A DNA stretch of 64,000 bases, taken from a virus. Taxonomy: Duplodnaviria; Caudoviricetes. Below, one piece after another: positions 21,126 through 31,325 of this stretch (position 1 is its first letter; each line of letters opens with the position of its first letter). The notes under the pieces were generated by a model. That model made no database searches, was not told the DNA's origin, and saw only the letters and a list, made by a program, of their open reading frames with translations. The DNA lies in the IMG/VR virus record IMGVR_UViG_3300031994_000035, positions 1-64,000 of that record. One strand, 5' to 3'. A program made the translations under genes and the position numbers.

Positions 21126-21557
21126 ATGCAAGTATTTTTACCATACAAAAGTCCGTTAAAAGTTGCTAAAGTCCTAGACAAGAAAAGACTTAATAAGCAA
21201 ATTGTCGAATGTACTCAAATTATTAAGGGTATTACTGACAGTTCTTATACTTGGTCAAAACATCCAATTGTAAAGATGTATAAAAACCATCTTAAGTTTA
21301 TACAGCTTTATCAAAAAGTCTTAATATCATACAGAGACAATGCAAATTCATTCAAACTTAAAATATTGAATTTCAGGGCATTATGCCATTTACCATCCTT
21401 TATAACAAAAACTTATGTCAACCTTATGAAGAGTCGTCTTTATACAAAGGATGAAGATTATTATAAATGTTTTAAGGAATATGGTAAATCTTACTACAAC
21501 CTATATTACATTGATAACCAATGGATAAAATATAACCAAAAATATTATAAAATATAG
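21126..21557 (+). CDS. pyrimidine-dimer DNA glycosylase-like protein (DenV family)
   Basis: MQVFLPY, LDKKRLNKQIVECTQI, W.KHP.VKMY. Confidence 0.8.
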   Translation: MQVFLPYKSPLKVAKVLDKKRLNKQIVECTQIIKGITDSSYTWSKHPIVKMYKNHLKFIQLYQKVLISYRDNANSFKLKILNFRALCHLPSFITKTYVNLMKSRLYTKDEDYYKCFKEYGKSYYNLYYIDNQWIKYNQKYYKI

Positions 21558-21559
21558 TT

Positions 21560-21784
21560 ATGGATAAAAAAGACTCTAATTCGGCAAATATTTCAAATAT
21601 AACATATATTTTACATTATACTAATGATTTTGGTCCTCAACAATGTTTTTATAGAACAAGAGATGAACTAAATTCAGCAATAATGAAAGTAAAAGGAACA
21701 GATATATGGATTGAAATAAATGCAATTGTTAATGCAAGTTCACCAATAGCAAAAGTTACTGTAACGCTTGAAAATAAAAAATAA
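21560..21784 (+). CDS. hypothetical protein
   Basis: Packed ORF. Confidence 0.5.
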   Translation: MDKKDSNSANISNITYILHYTNDFGPQQCFYRTRDELNSAIMKVKGTDIWIEINAIVNASSPIAKVTVTLENKK

Positions 21785-21791
21785 TATAGAT

Positions 21792-22031
21792 ATGGAGAAT
21801 AATGTTAAAAATACAAGAAAATTCAGATATATAGTGGAATTTGATAAATGTGATAATTGTCCATTCAAAAAATTTGTGGATGACGATTATTCTCCTACAC
21901 ATACTGAATGTGAACGAATCGATGAATATATTCAAAAATGGATTTATAGAGAAGAAACTGATTATCGCAATCCAGAAACTGGTGTGTTAGATAATTGTCC
22001 ATTCTTAAAAAATAATACTATAACTGAATAA
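21792..22031 (+). CDS. hypothetical Cys-containing protein
   Basis: CDNCPF...NCPF. Confidence 0.6.
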   Translation: MENNVKNTRKFRYIVEFDKCDNCPFKKFVDDDYSPTHTECERIDEYIQKWIYREETDYRNPETGVLDNCPFLKNNTITE

Positions 22032-22066
22032 GAAAACAGAAATTGACAGCTTATTATATTGTTAAT

Positions 22067-22537
22067 ATGGAAACAAATTTCAAAGAAGGAGATTGGATTG
22101 TAAGAATTGACGGTTCAGACATTGTACCAAAAGTACGTACTATGTTAGTTCGAAAGATTGATACGGATTGTGTGCACTGTGAATATGAAACGTCAACTAA
22201 ATTTGTCTATGGGTACTTAATACCAAATATATCACTTAATAATTTTAGATTATGGAATATCAATGATGCAAAAAGAGGTGATTTTCTATTGGATAAAGAA
22301 AATTTTACAGCTGTTATATTTGATGAATTATTTGAAGATTCCTTCAAGGTATTTTGTTTAGTCATTTATGGCTGCATAGGTAGATGTAACCGGGTTCATG
22401 TGGAACACTTTAAACTTAATCCTGAAAAAGTCCGGTCATATACTCCGATACCGGCATGGTATAACATTGTGGATTATGCTTTGGAGGATGAAGGATATAA
22501 GTGGGACAAGGATAAAAATGAATTAATAAAAATATAA
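22067..22537 (+). CDS. family B protein (C-terminal module only)
   Basis: FKEGDWI, LWNINDAKRGD, GYKWD. Confidence 0.7.
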   Translation: METNFKEGDWIVRIDGSDIVPKVRTMLVRKIDTDCVHCEYETSTKFVYGYLIPNISLNNFRLWNINDAKRGDFLLDKENFTAVIFDELFEDSFKVFCLVIYGCIGRCNRVHVEHFKLNPEKVRSYTPIPAWYNIVDYALEDEGYKWDKDKNELIKI

Positions 22538-22541
22538 AACT

Positions 22542-23714
22542 ATGGAAAATTACAGCAAACTATTAGAAAAAGCAAAAAAGGTATATAAAACCTGTACAAC
22601 TGATGCTGAAAGAAAAGTAATTGAATCTATCTTTCCTGATGTCAAAGAGAGCGATGACGAGCGGATAAGAAAAGAACTATTGGATTACTTAGAAGAAAGA
22701 AGAGTTGTTGAAAGGCTTACAGATATAAGAGTTAAAGAAGAATGGATTGCTTGGCTTGAAAAACAAGGGGGAATAGATTTGGAACACTATGAAGATAGTG
22801 AAAATGAAAAACGGAAATTTGTAGGTTACGGATTCCTAAAATGTAAGGGTGATTTTCTTTCCTTCAAAGAGGGAAAAACATATTGGCTTGAGTATGTAGG
22901 TAAAGATAATTATAATGTGAGAAGTGATAATCTTCTTGGACAAACTTTCTACATCAAACCTGTTGAATTATATACAGTTTTTCGTCCTACAACTTGGCTT
23001 GAAAAGCAAGGCGAGCAACAACATACAAATTCAAAAGAAGATGATACTAATGAAGAGACAAACGCTCCAACAGAATATGGTAAATATGTAGATGAATGTC
23101 TTAATGAAGCGTCTAAACATTTCTTTTCAGACGGAGAAGATAAATATTCTGTTGCAGATTTGTTTTATGCTGGCGTAAGATGTGGGAAATCTTGGTTTGA
23201 AAAGCAAGATGATAAAGATAAACTTATTAAAGAACTTGGCGAGTATAAGGTCAAATATACACAAGAAGTTTTAGAAAATCACATGAATAATGTAAGTAAT
23301 AAAGATGATGAAAGATTAAGAAAGACTACTATTGGTTTTCTTAAAGAATTTGCAGATAAAGGATATGAAAATGCGGTTGAATGTATAGATTGGCTTGAAA
23401 AACAAAAAGAACATAAATCGGTATGGAGCGAGGATGACGAAGCCATACTTAAAGCTATAATACAAGATATTCAGGAACGTCACCATGATGCAATGTGGGG
23501 AATAGATACGAGTAAAACTGCTTCTGTTTCCACAGAATTTATTATTAAATTTCTTAAATCACTTAGCCCGCAATCACATTGGAAGCCAAGTGAAGAACAA
23601 ATAAATGCTTTGGAGCATTTTGTTAGAAGTATAGGCGAAAGCGGATATGCTTCTCCTTATGACAATAATACAAAACTTGTTTATTCATTATTTAACGACC
23701 TTAAAAAACTTTGA
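22542..23714 (+). CDS. modular 'WLEKQ' family protein (family B)
   Basis: Four W(L/F)EKQ-bounded modules; WKPSEEQ...NDLKKL end. Confidence 0.75.
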   Translation: MENYSKLLEKAKKVYKTCTTDAERKVIESIFPDVKESDDERIRKELLDYLEERRVVERLTDIRVKEEWIAWLEKQGGIDLEHYEDSENEKRKFVGYGFLKCKGDFLSFKEGKTYWLEYVGKDNYNVRSDNLLGQTFYIKPVELYTVFRPTTWLEKQGEQQHTNSKEDDTNEETNAPTEYGKYVDECLNEASKHFFSDGEDKYSVADLFYAGVRCGKSWFEKQDDKDKLIKELGEYKVKYTQEVLENHMNNVSNKDDERLRKTTIGFLKEFADKGYENAVECIDWLEKQKEHKSVWSEDDEAILKAIIQDIQERHHDAMWGIDTSKTASVSTEFIIKFLKSLSPQSHWKPSEEQINALEHFVRSIGESGYASPYDNNTKLVYSLFNDLKKL

Positions 23715-23715
23715 A

Positions 23716-23910
23716 ATGACAAATGAATGGCATAAAATATCCAATGGTGACTTTCCACCGCATACAGATGATTATTTGGTTGTCTGTAAAAATAAAAACA
23801 AAGAAGATGGAATATATCTTTATGAAATTGCGTATTATACAGGTGATGGTTGGGACAATCGTACACATTGGGAGGATATTATCGCTTGGATGGAATTACC
23901 AAAGTATTAG
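23716..23910 (+). CDS. DUF551-like small protein
   Basis: W.KIS..P...YLV...IIAWMELP pattern. Confidence 0.6.
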   Translation: MTNEWHKISNGDFPPHTDDYLVVCKNKNKEDGIYLYEIAYYTGDGWDNRTHWEDIIAWMELPKY

Positions 23911-24005
23911 AAATTGATAACTTCAATATGCAATATAATATTGAATGTGGAGAAGGTATACACTTCTTCAGGACTAAGAAAGATGAAAAAAACTATGGAA
24001 TTTAA
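23910..24005 (+). pseudogene. C-terminal remnant resembling a DUF5758-type protein
   Basis: IDNFNMQYNIECGEGIHFFRTKK..NY with no N-terminal part. Confidence 0.4.
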
Positions 24006-24016
24006 AAATAATTAAT

Positions 24017-24511
24017 ATGACACAAGAAGAAAAACAAATACTGTTAAATGACTTAAAATGTCGTTTATATACGAAGACACAATGTCAATGTATGTGGTCT
24101 AATACTGCAAAGAATGGTTCAGTAGGTGCCGTTAATGAACTTAACACTTATATCCTTGATGAGCTTGAGAGGATTGACAATCCTGATAACAAGGATGTGA
24201 TCAGTGACATTGAGCCAATGTTTAGCGACATTAAGCCTTTTCTTCGTCCAATGTCAAGTATGAATGGTGAAGAGAAAAACGAGTTTATTAATTATGCTGG
24301 TTATGAGGTTGAAGAATCTGTAAACGGAAGACATTACGAATATTATTTAAAAGATTTTGTTGGTACAAAAGAAGAACCCATTGTAAATGTTGATGCAATT
24401 AATTGGCTCAATACCCATCACTTTGACTATCGTGGATTGATTGAAAAGGGACTTGCTCTTGAAGCACCTGAAGGAATGTATGATAATCCAAAACTGATAA
24501 AAGGAGAATAG
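24017..24511 (+). CDS. paralog family A protein
   Basis: KPFLRPMSSM ... HHFDYRGLIEKGLALEAPEGMY. Confidence 0.75.
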   Translation: MTQEEKQILLNDLKCRLYTKTQCQCMWSNTAKNGSVGAVNELNTYILDELERIDNPDNKDVISDIEPMFSDIKPFLRPMSSMNGEEKNEFINYAGYEVEESVNGRHYEYYLKDFVGTKEEPIVNVDAINWLNTHHFDYRGLIEKGLALEAPEGMYDNPKLIKGE

Positions 24512-24515
24512 AATT

Positions 24516-24767
24516 ATGTCAAATGAAGAAAAAGCAAATGAATTGATAGCTGGAGACGAAAGTATCAATATATCAACAGTAAGATTATTGATTAAGGATA
24601 AAGTTTTACAAATGGCAAAATGGAAAGAACAACAGATGATTGATAGAGCATTGAGACATCTTCAAGATGTCTATACTCAATTCGATATTACTGACACAAA
24701 CGGTTATAGAATTGATTTCAGATTTTTTAAATACGAATTTGAAAAAGCAATGATGAAAGGAGAATGA
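24516..24767 (+). CDS. hypothetical protein
   Basis: QMAKWKEQ motif. Confidence 0.6.
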   Translation: MSNEEKANELIAGDESINISTVRLLIKDKVLQMAKWKEQQMIDRALRHLQDVYTQFDITDTNGYRIDFRFFKYEFEKAMMKGE

Positions 24768-24770
24768 ATT

Positions 24771-25214
24771 ATGACAAAAAATGAAAAACAACTTTTAATA
24801 AAGGATTTATCAGCAAGATTGCCATATGGTGTTATATGTAAAGGAATAAATTTGGACCTTGATGTAACTAAAGATGAAGATGAGTATGTGAACAGAGAAG
24901 TCAGTGGTCCATTGACAAAAATTGGATATGATCATTGCACACTTGGTATTACAAAAGAATGTGAATTAAGTACAATCAGATCATACTTACGTCCAATGTC
25001 AAGTATGACGGATGAAGAATATAAAGAATACAGAAAAGCTGGTGAAGGAGACACTTTAGACAGTGCAAAAGCATTAAGACTAAAGGCTGAAGGAAAATGT
25101 TACATATCTTCTTGGTACCGAGGTGCAGATTGGCTTAATGCTCATCATTTCGACTACAGAGGTCTTATTGGTAAAGGCCTTGCATTGGAAGCTCCAAAGG
25201 ATATGTATAATTAA
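24771..25214 (+). CDS. paralog family A protein
   Basis: DLSARLPYGV, YLRPMSSMT, HHFDYRGLI. Confidence 0.75.
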   Translation: MTKNEKQLLIKDLSARLPYGVICKGINLDLDVTKDEDEYVNREVSGPLTKIGYDHCTLGITKECELSTIRSYLRPMSSMTDEEYKEYRKAGEGDTLDSAKALRLKAEGKCYISSWYRGADWLNAHHFDYRGLIGKGLALEAPKDMYN

Positions 25215-25228
25215 AATTGATATAGGCT

Positions 25229-25996
25229 ATGACAAAAGAGGAAAAACAACTTTTATTAAAAGACTTGACGGCAAGACTACAGTATAAAGTAAAAGTTCAA
25301 ATTGATGGACTTGCTAACAGCATACTTACAGGTATAGATGATGACGATGTATTTACTGATAGAGGCATAAACTATCCAATAAGGTTAGTCAAACCATTTC
25401 TTCGTTCAATAGATAGTATGACTGATGAAGAAAAACAAGTTTATAAAGAGATTAGTTCTCATTTATGTGATACAATTTCTGCAAGAACACTAATTGATTG
25501 GTTCAACATACATCATTTCGACTATCGCGGACTTATTGAATTGGGACTTGCACTAGAAGCACCTAAAGGGATGTATAACGTAACAGCATATAATTCTAAA
25601 CAAAATAAAATTATGGACACTAAATTATATTCTAACTGCAGACAGCTTAATGAATTAGCAAAAGAAATTCATCAAGATAATGTTGACAGAGGATTTTATG
25701 AAAAACCTCGTGAAACAGGAACCGAACTTATGCTTATTGTTTCTGAGTTGTCAGAAGCTCTTGAAGCTTTTAGAAAAGATAAATTTGTTAATAAGGAAGA
25801 TTTATATAAGCATATATTTGACAAAGATCACTTCAAAGAAAAAATAAAAGACACATTTGAAGACGAAATTGCAGATGCTTTAATTAGAATACTTGACATG
25901 TGCGGTAATATGAATATTGATATTACAGAACATGTTTATCAAAAACTTGAATATAACAGAACTCGTGAATATAAACATGGTGGTAAAAAAATTTAA
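25229..25996 (+). CDS. family A protein fused in frame to a MazG-like NTP pyrophosphohydrolase
   Basis: Family A motifs in aa 1-117, then LIVSELSEALEA...EDEIADALIRILD. Internal ATG at 25613. Confidence 0.8.
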   Translation: MTKEEKQLLLKDLTARLQYKVKVQIDGLANSILTGIDDDDVFTDRGINYPIRLVKPFLRSIDSMTDEEKQVYKEISSHLCDTISARTLIDWFNIHHFDYRGLIELGLALEAPKGMYNVTAYNSKQNKIMDTKLYSNCRQLNELAKEIHQDNVDRGFYEKPRETGTELMLIVSELSEALEAFRKDKFVNKEDLYKHIFDKDHFKEKIKDTFEDEIADALIRILDMCGNMNIDITEHVYQKLEYNRTREYKHGGKKI

Positions 25997-25999
25997 CTT

Positions 26000-26221
26000 A
26001 TGAAAATACAAAATTATGATTCAACAAGCTCGAAATTAAAACCATGTCCATTTTGTGGAGGAACTCCTATATGGCACTATAATGGCAATGATTTTACTCC
26101 ATCAAGAACAGTTGTAATAGAATGTAAGCCGTGCAATATATCAATGCAAATAAAGGGTCGTTTACTAGGCATTGATAGACTTGAAGAAATAATTATTAAA
26201 AAATGGAATAATAGAAAATAG
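26000..26221 (+). CDS. Lar-like restriction alleviation protein
   Basis: LKPCPFCGG...C..C...KWNNR. Confidence 0.72.
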   Translation: MKIQNYDSTSSKLKPCPFCGGTPIWHYNGNDFTPSRTVVIECKPCNISMQIKGRLLGIDRLEEIIIKKWNNRK

Positions 26222-26228
26222 TTAAATT

Positions 26229-26990
26229 ATGATTCTTCCAAGAAAAGTAGATATAAAGTCATTAAAAAATATAGAGGGTTTCAGCAGCGAAATTCAATTG
26301 GCGCTTATTGACCTTATATGCAGATATAAAAATCCTAATAATGTACTTGAAATAGGTACTTGGCATGGACGAACTTCTGTCATACTTGCAGCTTATGTCA
26401 ATAAGAAAAATGGTAACTATTATGGAATAGAACCTCATGAGAAACGTGCTGACATCACTCTTGAAAACTGTAAAAATGTCTGTTCGCCTGATGTACTGCA
26501 TATTGACAAAAACGTTTCATTTTATAGTGAGATGTTAAGAAAGATGTTATACCTCGATATAGTCCATATTGACGGTGAACATAGTTTTTCAGCAGTTTAT
26601 AATGATTTGTCGGTAGTATCAAAAATAATGCAAAGAGACGGTATAATTATTCTTGATGACTTCTTTTTTGATATGTATCCACAAATTACACAAGCAACTT
26701 ATAAATGGCTGGATGACAATCCTGACTATGTTCTGCTTGCTACCGGAGTCCTTAAAGGGTTTATTTGCAATAAAATGTATTATAAAAAATATGCAGATTT
26801 TCTTTTAAGTCCTGAATTTATACATGAGCTTAAATTGTATAATCCTTCAGAATATCCATATATTTCAATAACAAGAACTTCACCATTAATTGATTGTCAG
26901 ACACTTGGTATTTCATTAAATATATCTGAAAAAAATCTTATTGGTAATGAATGCGAAGATGGACGAATGGAAAAAATTATGTGTTCTTAA
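26229..26990 (+). CDS. class I SAM-dependent methyltransferase (Methyltransf_24-like)
   Basis: VLEIGTWHGRT, DIVHIDGEHS, GIIILDD. Confidence 0.85.
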   Translation: MILPRKVDIKSLKNIEGFSSEIQLALIDLICRYKNPNNVLEIGTWHGRTSVILAAYVNKKNGNYYGIEPHEKRADITLENCKNVCSPDVLHIDKNVSFYSEMLRKMLYLDIVHIDGEHSFSAVYNDLSVVSKIMQRDGIIILDDFFFDMYPQITQATYKWLDDNPDYVLLATGVLKGFICNKMYYKKYADFLLSPEFIHELKLYNPSEYPYISITRTSPLIDCQTLGISLNISEKNLIGNECEDGRMEKIMCS

Positions 26991-27016
26991 TTGTTTATTA
27001 TTAAAAATATATAAAA

Positions 27017-27487
27017 ATGACAAAATTGCCAAAAGAAATATTACAACTTATATCTGACTTTGAAAGTGATTCAAAGACTAAATCTCTTTGTGCTGAAAAG
27101 AGTTTGATAAAAATCTGTGAACCAATAATTAAAAAATATTATGACATAACAATGGAATACAATCAGTTAGTCTATAATGTTTTTAATGAGTTGTCATCTG
27201 ATATATTCAGTGAAGAATATTCATCTGACAGAGGTGACTTGGTAAAGTTTTTAAGATATAACAAAGAAGATAATTCTCTTGAATTTCTATATAAAGACGG
27301 ATGTCTTGGTGAAGTTTGGGAATGTACTGTAAGTATGCCTGTAGATTGGTTTGATGAAAATTATAAACAAACATTCCGTAAACAATATAAAGATTCAATA
27401 ATTAAAAAATTGAATACAGTTCTTGAACAACATGAACGTAAAAAAGCTGGAATCTTAGATACTATTGATAAACTACAAAAACTTTAA
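27017..27487 (+). CDS. hypothetical protein
   Basis: 156-aa ORF after the promoter motif. Confidence 0.62.
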   Translation: MTKLPKEILQLISDFESDSKTKSLCAEKSLIKICEPIIKKYYDITMEYNQLVYNVFNELSSDIFSEEYSSDRGDLVKFLRYNKEDNSLEFLYKDGCLGEVWECTVSMPVDWFDENYKQTFRKQYKDSIIKKLNTVLEQHERKKAGILDTIDKLQKL

Positions 27488-27491
27488 AATT

Positions 27492-27737
27492 ATGGACATT
27501 AGCACAAAATATTGTACAAATGATACTGTTCTACTTTATGAACAGTCAAAAGGTCTTATTTATGGAAAAGTTAAAAATATAAAAATAGACATTGTATCTC
27601 ATTTTAGAGGTACAGATTACGTAGGTCACTACACATCAATAGTTTATGACGTAATACTTTCAGATGATGAACTTCGTCATGCTGTACCCGAATCACAACT
27701 ATTTTCGTCAAAAGAGGATTTTATAGATTCACTTTAA
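27492..27737 (+). CDS. hypothetical protein
   Basis: Ends ESQLFSSKEDFIDSL. Confidence 0.6.
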   Translation: MDISTKYCTNDTVLLYEQSKGLIYGKVKNIKIDIVSHFRGTDYVGHYTSIVYDVILSDDELRHAVPESQLFSSKEDFIDSL

Positions 27738-27748
27738 AAGAAAGACGT

Positions 27749-27967
27749 ATGAAAAATTCAGAAATTATAAACATTGCAAAACAAGAACTCGATGTAGTAA
27801 AAGTCATTGCATCTTCAGTTTGCCAAATAAAGGATGAAGATGTTAAGGCAAAAATTGATTATGTCCTTAAATATTTGGATTGCGACGTATATAATGATCA
27901 GGCTCGTTCAGGATTCAGAATATTCGCACAAAAATTAAAAGAATTGATTAATGATGATTCAAAATAA
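27749..27967 (+). CDS. hypothetical protein
   Basis: Packed ORF. Confidence 0.55.
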   Translation: MKNSEIINIAKQELDVVKVIASSVCQIKDEDVKAKIDYVLKYLDCDVYNDQARSGFRIFAQKLKELINDDSK

Positions 27968-27975
27968 TTTCATCT

Positions 27976-28368
27976 ATGGAGTTTGTAAATTTTACATCAG
28001 AAGAGCAAATCAAAAAGTTAATCAAAGCAGGTATTGATATAAATTCTGCTGATTACACTTTAAGCAGTAATATTGTTGTACCTCATGATCCAGAATCTAA
28101 GAGAGGTCTAAAAGAATTACCTTGTTGGAGTCTTGGAAGGCTTTTTCAGATAATTCCTTCTGAAATAATCTTAAATCCTGAAGATAAAACAACAATACAA
28201 AATTTCAAAATGACATTCTGTAATGTCAACCATGTTGAAGTTTGTTATGAAAATCAATATCTTGAAGCTAATTCATATTATATTGACGATGACAATAAAA
28301 ATATCATAGACGTTTTAGTTTCACTTATATGTAAGTTATTACAAGATAATTTACTTAAAGGTTTTTAA
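27976..28368 (+). CDS. paralog family C protein
   Basis: SAD and LPCWSL motifs. Confidence 0.65.
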   Translation: MEFVNFTSEEQIKKLIKAGIDINSADYTLSSNIVVPHDPESKRGLKELPCWSLGRLFQIIPSEIILNPEDKTTIQNFKMTFCNVNHVEVCYENQYLEANSYYIDDDNKNIIDVLVSLICKLLQDNLLKGF

Positions 28369-28371
28369 GCT

Positions 28372-28800
28372 ATGGATAATAAAAATACAACATCTTTAAG
28401 TTTTGAAGACATGCAGCTGCTTATAGGTGATTTAAGTATGCGCCTGCCTCATGGAGTTTGGATAGACTTAAACGGTATAAGAGGAAAAATCAATAATCTT
28501 GATGTAACTCATTATTATGATAATTCAGACATTCCTACAAACTTAAAAGCATTTACAGATTTCTTCATACCTAATGAACCTATTGATATTTGTAATTTCA
28601 AGCCTTTGCTTAGAAAAATGACGGATATGACAAAAGAAGAAGAATCTGAATATACATCAATAAAAGGCATTATACGAATGAATCATTTTGAAGAGCAGTC
28701 TATGAAACTTATAAATTTTTTGTTAATACATCATTTTGATTTTCAAGGACTCATAGAAAAAGGATTAGCAATAGAGGTTAAATACGATTTTTACTTTTAG
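28372..28800 (+). CDS. paralog family A protein
   Basis: KPLLRKMTDMT, HHFDFQGLIEKGLAIE. Confidence 0.72.
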   Translation: MDNKNTTSLSFEDMQLLIGDLSMRLPHGVWIDLNGIRGKINNLDVTHYYDNSDIPTNLKAFTDFFIPNEPIDICNFKPLLRKMTDMTKEEESEYTSIKGIIRMNHFEEQSMKLINFLLIHHFDFQGLIEKGLAIEVKYDFYF

Positions 28801-28803
28801 AAT

Positions 28804-29169
28804 ATGGATATAAATTTAAAAAATAAAATAGATAACTGGTATATAAATTTCATCAATAACAATAAGAATGTTATTATGAAACTTATTCAATTAGGAATTC
28901 TTAAAACAGGTGAAACAAATTGTCAGGACCATAATGTAGGTGAAAGTAATTATGCAAAACATATCATTCAGCCTTGGCATATTTGGCAGGAATGGAAATT
29001 AAATCCATGGGATGCTGATATTGTAAAACGAATATTGCGTACAAAATCAACAGATGACCGGGTTCTTGATTATCAAAAAATTATTCATATCTGTGAAGAA
29101 CGAATTAGACAGATTGAAATTGAACGAGAAATATCTGAAAATAATGGAATTGAAGAAATTATTAAATGA
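28804..29169 (+). CDS. DUF3310-like protein
   Basis: HNVGESNY..IQPW..W.LNPWDADIVKRILR..DYQK. Confidence 0.6.
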   Translation: MDINLKNKIDNWYINFINNNKNVIMKLIQLGILKTGETNCQDHNVGESNYAKHIIQPWHIWQEWKLNPWDADIVKRILRTKSTDDRVLDYQKIIHICEERIRQIEIEREISENNGIEEIIK

Positions 29170-29545
29170 TGATGAAAGAAAACTGATTTTAACGGACTTA
29201 TCTCTCAGAATTCCATATAAGGCAAAATTCAGGGCATTTTCAGACAATAAAGAGTATATATGTAAAACAGTGTCAAGTGATTTTAGAATTAATAAGTCCA
29301 GATGTTTTGACGGTTATTTAATAACCTCAATAAGACCTGTGTTACGCCGGATGTCTACAATGACTGAATCAGAGCTAAAAGAATGGAAACAGATAATGTC
29401 CCTTAATGTCCATGTGTCTGACAATAATACAGTATTTTCATTACCTAATTATGTCGCACTTGAATGGTTATTAAAGCATCATTTTGATTTTCAAGGACTT
29501 ATAGAAAAAGGGTTAGCAATAGAAATGAATTTTAAACATATTTAA
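29144..29545 (+). CDS. paralog family A protein
   Basis: RPVLRRMSTMT, HHFDFQGLIEKGLAIE. Confidence 0.72.
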   Translation: MELKKLLNDDERKLILTDLSLRIPYKAKFRAFSDNKEYICKTVSSDFRINKSRCFDGYLITSIRPVLRRMSTMTESELKEWKQIMSLNVHVSDNNTVFSLPNYVALEWLLKHHFDFQGLIEKGLAIEMNFKHI

Positions 29546-29556
29546 ATTTTAATATT

Positions 29557-30627
29557 ATGAGAAAATTAGTAAGCGTAAGAACAATTGGAAGTACTTATCC
29601 AATTAAAGGTAAAGACAGAGTTGAAATGGCAGTCGTAGATGGTTGGACCTGTATGGTCAGTAAGGCCGATAATTTCAAACCTGGTGACTTATGTATCTTT
29701 TGTGAAACTGATTCTGTTTTTCCACAAACTGAAAAATGGGAATTTTTGAAAAAATACAATTACCGTATTAAGACACAGCGTTTCAAAGACGCCGATGGCA
29801 ATTACATTTATTCACAGGGTCTGGTACTTCCAATGACAGATTTTCCAAATGCAAAACTTGGTGATGACTTGACAAAAGAAATGAATGTCATACAATACGA
29901 AGCAACAATGGATATTGAATCAAAACCTAAAAAATTCAAAAATCCTTTGATGAGATTTGCTTGGTTTAGAAAACTGTTCGGTAATGTACAAACTAAAGAA
30001 TCATTTCCTGATGAGATAAGTAAAACAGATGAAGAACGTATCCAAAACTGTCCTGAAAGACCTTCACTTGCAGAAAAATGGATAATGACAGAAAAAGTTG
30101 ATGGACAGTCAGGAACTTATTTACTTCGAAAACATAAATGGTTGTTCGGTACAAAATATGAATTTGTTGTTTGTTCCCGTAATTTTAAAACAAATGACAA
30201 AAATACCTCATATTGGAAGTGTGCTGAAAAATACAACATTGAAAAGGCTTTGAAAAACCTTATCGGTAATCATAAATGGATTTGTCTGCAGGGTGAGTGT
30301 CTTGGTCCCGGTATTCAAGGTAACAAATATAAACTGCCTTGCTATACGTTAAGAGCTTTCAACTTAATTACTCCTGAAGGACGTATGGACAGTGTAACTG
30401 CTGAAACACTTGTAAAATCACAAGGTATTTTTTGGGTTCCAATGCTTGGTGAAATTTCAGGTGAACAACTAATGAAATTAGGAGTTGACGGTATATTAAA
30501 AGCAGCAAACGGACTTTCTAAATTAAATTCAGATACTAAGCGTGAAGGAATTGTATTTAGAAGCAGTGACGGTAAAAAATCATTCAAAGCCGTAAGCCCT
30601 GAATTTTTAATCAAATTTGATGAATAA
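29557..30627 (+). CDS. RNA ligase (Rnl2/DRB0094-like)
   Basis: Motif I TEKVDG, SRN, QGE, REGIV, FKAVS; N-terminal OB-like domain. Confidence 0.9.
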   Translation: MRKLVSVRTIGSTYPIKGKDRVEMAVVDGWTCMVSKADNFKPGDLCIFCETDSVFPQTEKWEFLKKYNYRIKTQRFKDADGNYIYSQGLVLPMTDFPNAKLGDDLTKEMNVIQYEATMDIESKPKKFKNPLMRFAWFRKLFGNVQTKESFPDEISKTDEERIQNCPERPSLAEKWIMTEKVDGQSGTYLLRKHKWLFGTKYEFVVCSRNFKTNDKNTSYWKCAEKYNIEKALKNLIGNHKWICLQGECLGPGIQGNKYKLPCYTLRAFNLITPEGRMDSVTAETLVKSQGIFWVPMLGEISGEQLMKLGVDGILKAANGLSKLNSDTKREGIVFRSSDGKKSFKAVSPEFLIKFDE

Positions 30628-31009
30628 AATATATTCATTGTTTTTTTATTATAAACTTAAATTGATGAAACATATTCATTTAAAATATTTTTATAATGAA
30701 AAGACAGGAATTCCTAAATATCTGCTGGATTGTGCTAGCAGATATTTAGGAATTAATGAATTTGATTTTAAATTGTCAAGACATATTATAAATCATTGTA
30801 ATAGCTTAAAAACAAATAGATTTTTCACACCTGAGTATTTAATAAATCAGGTAAATCACATAAGAACTAATAGAATAGCTCCAATTTCTATAGAAACAAA
30901 TGATAACATAGTCGTTGGACAAGCTGTTTACAAAATGAATTTATCAAGTGAAAAATCTTTATATCTTGTGATAGGAAATAAAATACTTATAACATCTTAT
31001 ATAAAATAG
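30620..31009 (+). CDS. hypothetical protein
   Basis: ORF overlapping the ligase stop. Confidence 0.55.
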   Translation: MNKIYSLFFYYKLKLMKHIHLKYFYNEKTGIPKYLLDCASRYLGINEFDFKLSRHIINHCNSLKTNRFFTPEYLINQVNHIRTNRIAPISIETNDNIVVGQAVYKMNLSSEKSLYLVIGNKILITSYIK

Positions 31010-31013
31010 TCCT

Positions 31014-31298
31014 ATGAATTTTAATGATGCAAAATTATTTGTTGATGAAACCATAAAAGAAGGCGAGTCAACACTGTATAAAGTCGTTTCAGACTTTAAG
31101 GTAGAAGAATTAAAGTTTGACAAAGATTCTATAAAGCTAATCTTTTCAAATGATAGCGTAACTATCAATGAGCATAATATTGATGTACTTTATAAGTATA
31201 AACAGCAGGCTTTAAGGCATATAGCAAATAGATGTAAAATTTTCTTAGTCCAACATGATTTTTTAGCTTTGAAAAATGCGGACATCATAAAAATATAA
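31014..31298 (+). CDS. hypothetical protein
   Basis: 94-aa ORF. Confidence 0.58.
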   Translation: MNFNDAKLFVDETIKEGESTLYKVVSDFKVEELKFDKDSIKLIFSNDSVTINEHNIDVLYKYKQQALRHIANRCKIFLVQHDFLALKNADIIKI

Positions 31299-31325
31299 AT
31301 AAATAGTTCGTTTAATTTTATAACT

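Noticed and set aside
4927-23405. DGR template/variable repeat pair
   Set aside because: Mismatches are not adenine-specific, many are synonymous, and no reverse transcriptase is present.
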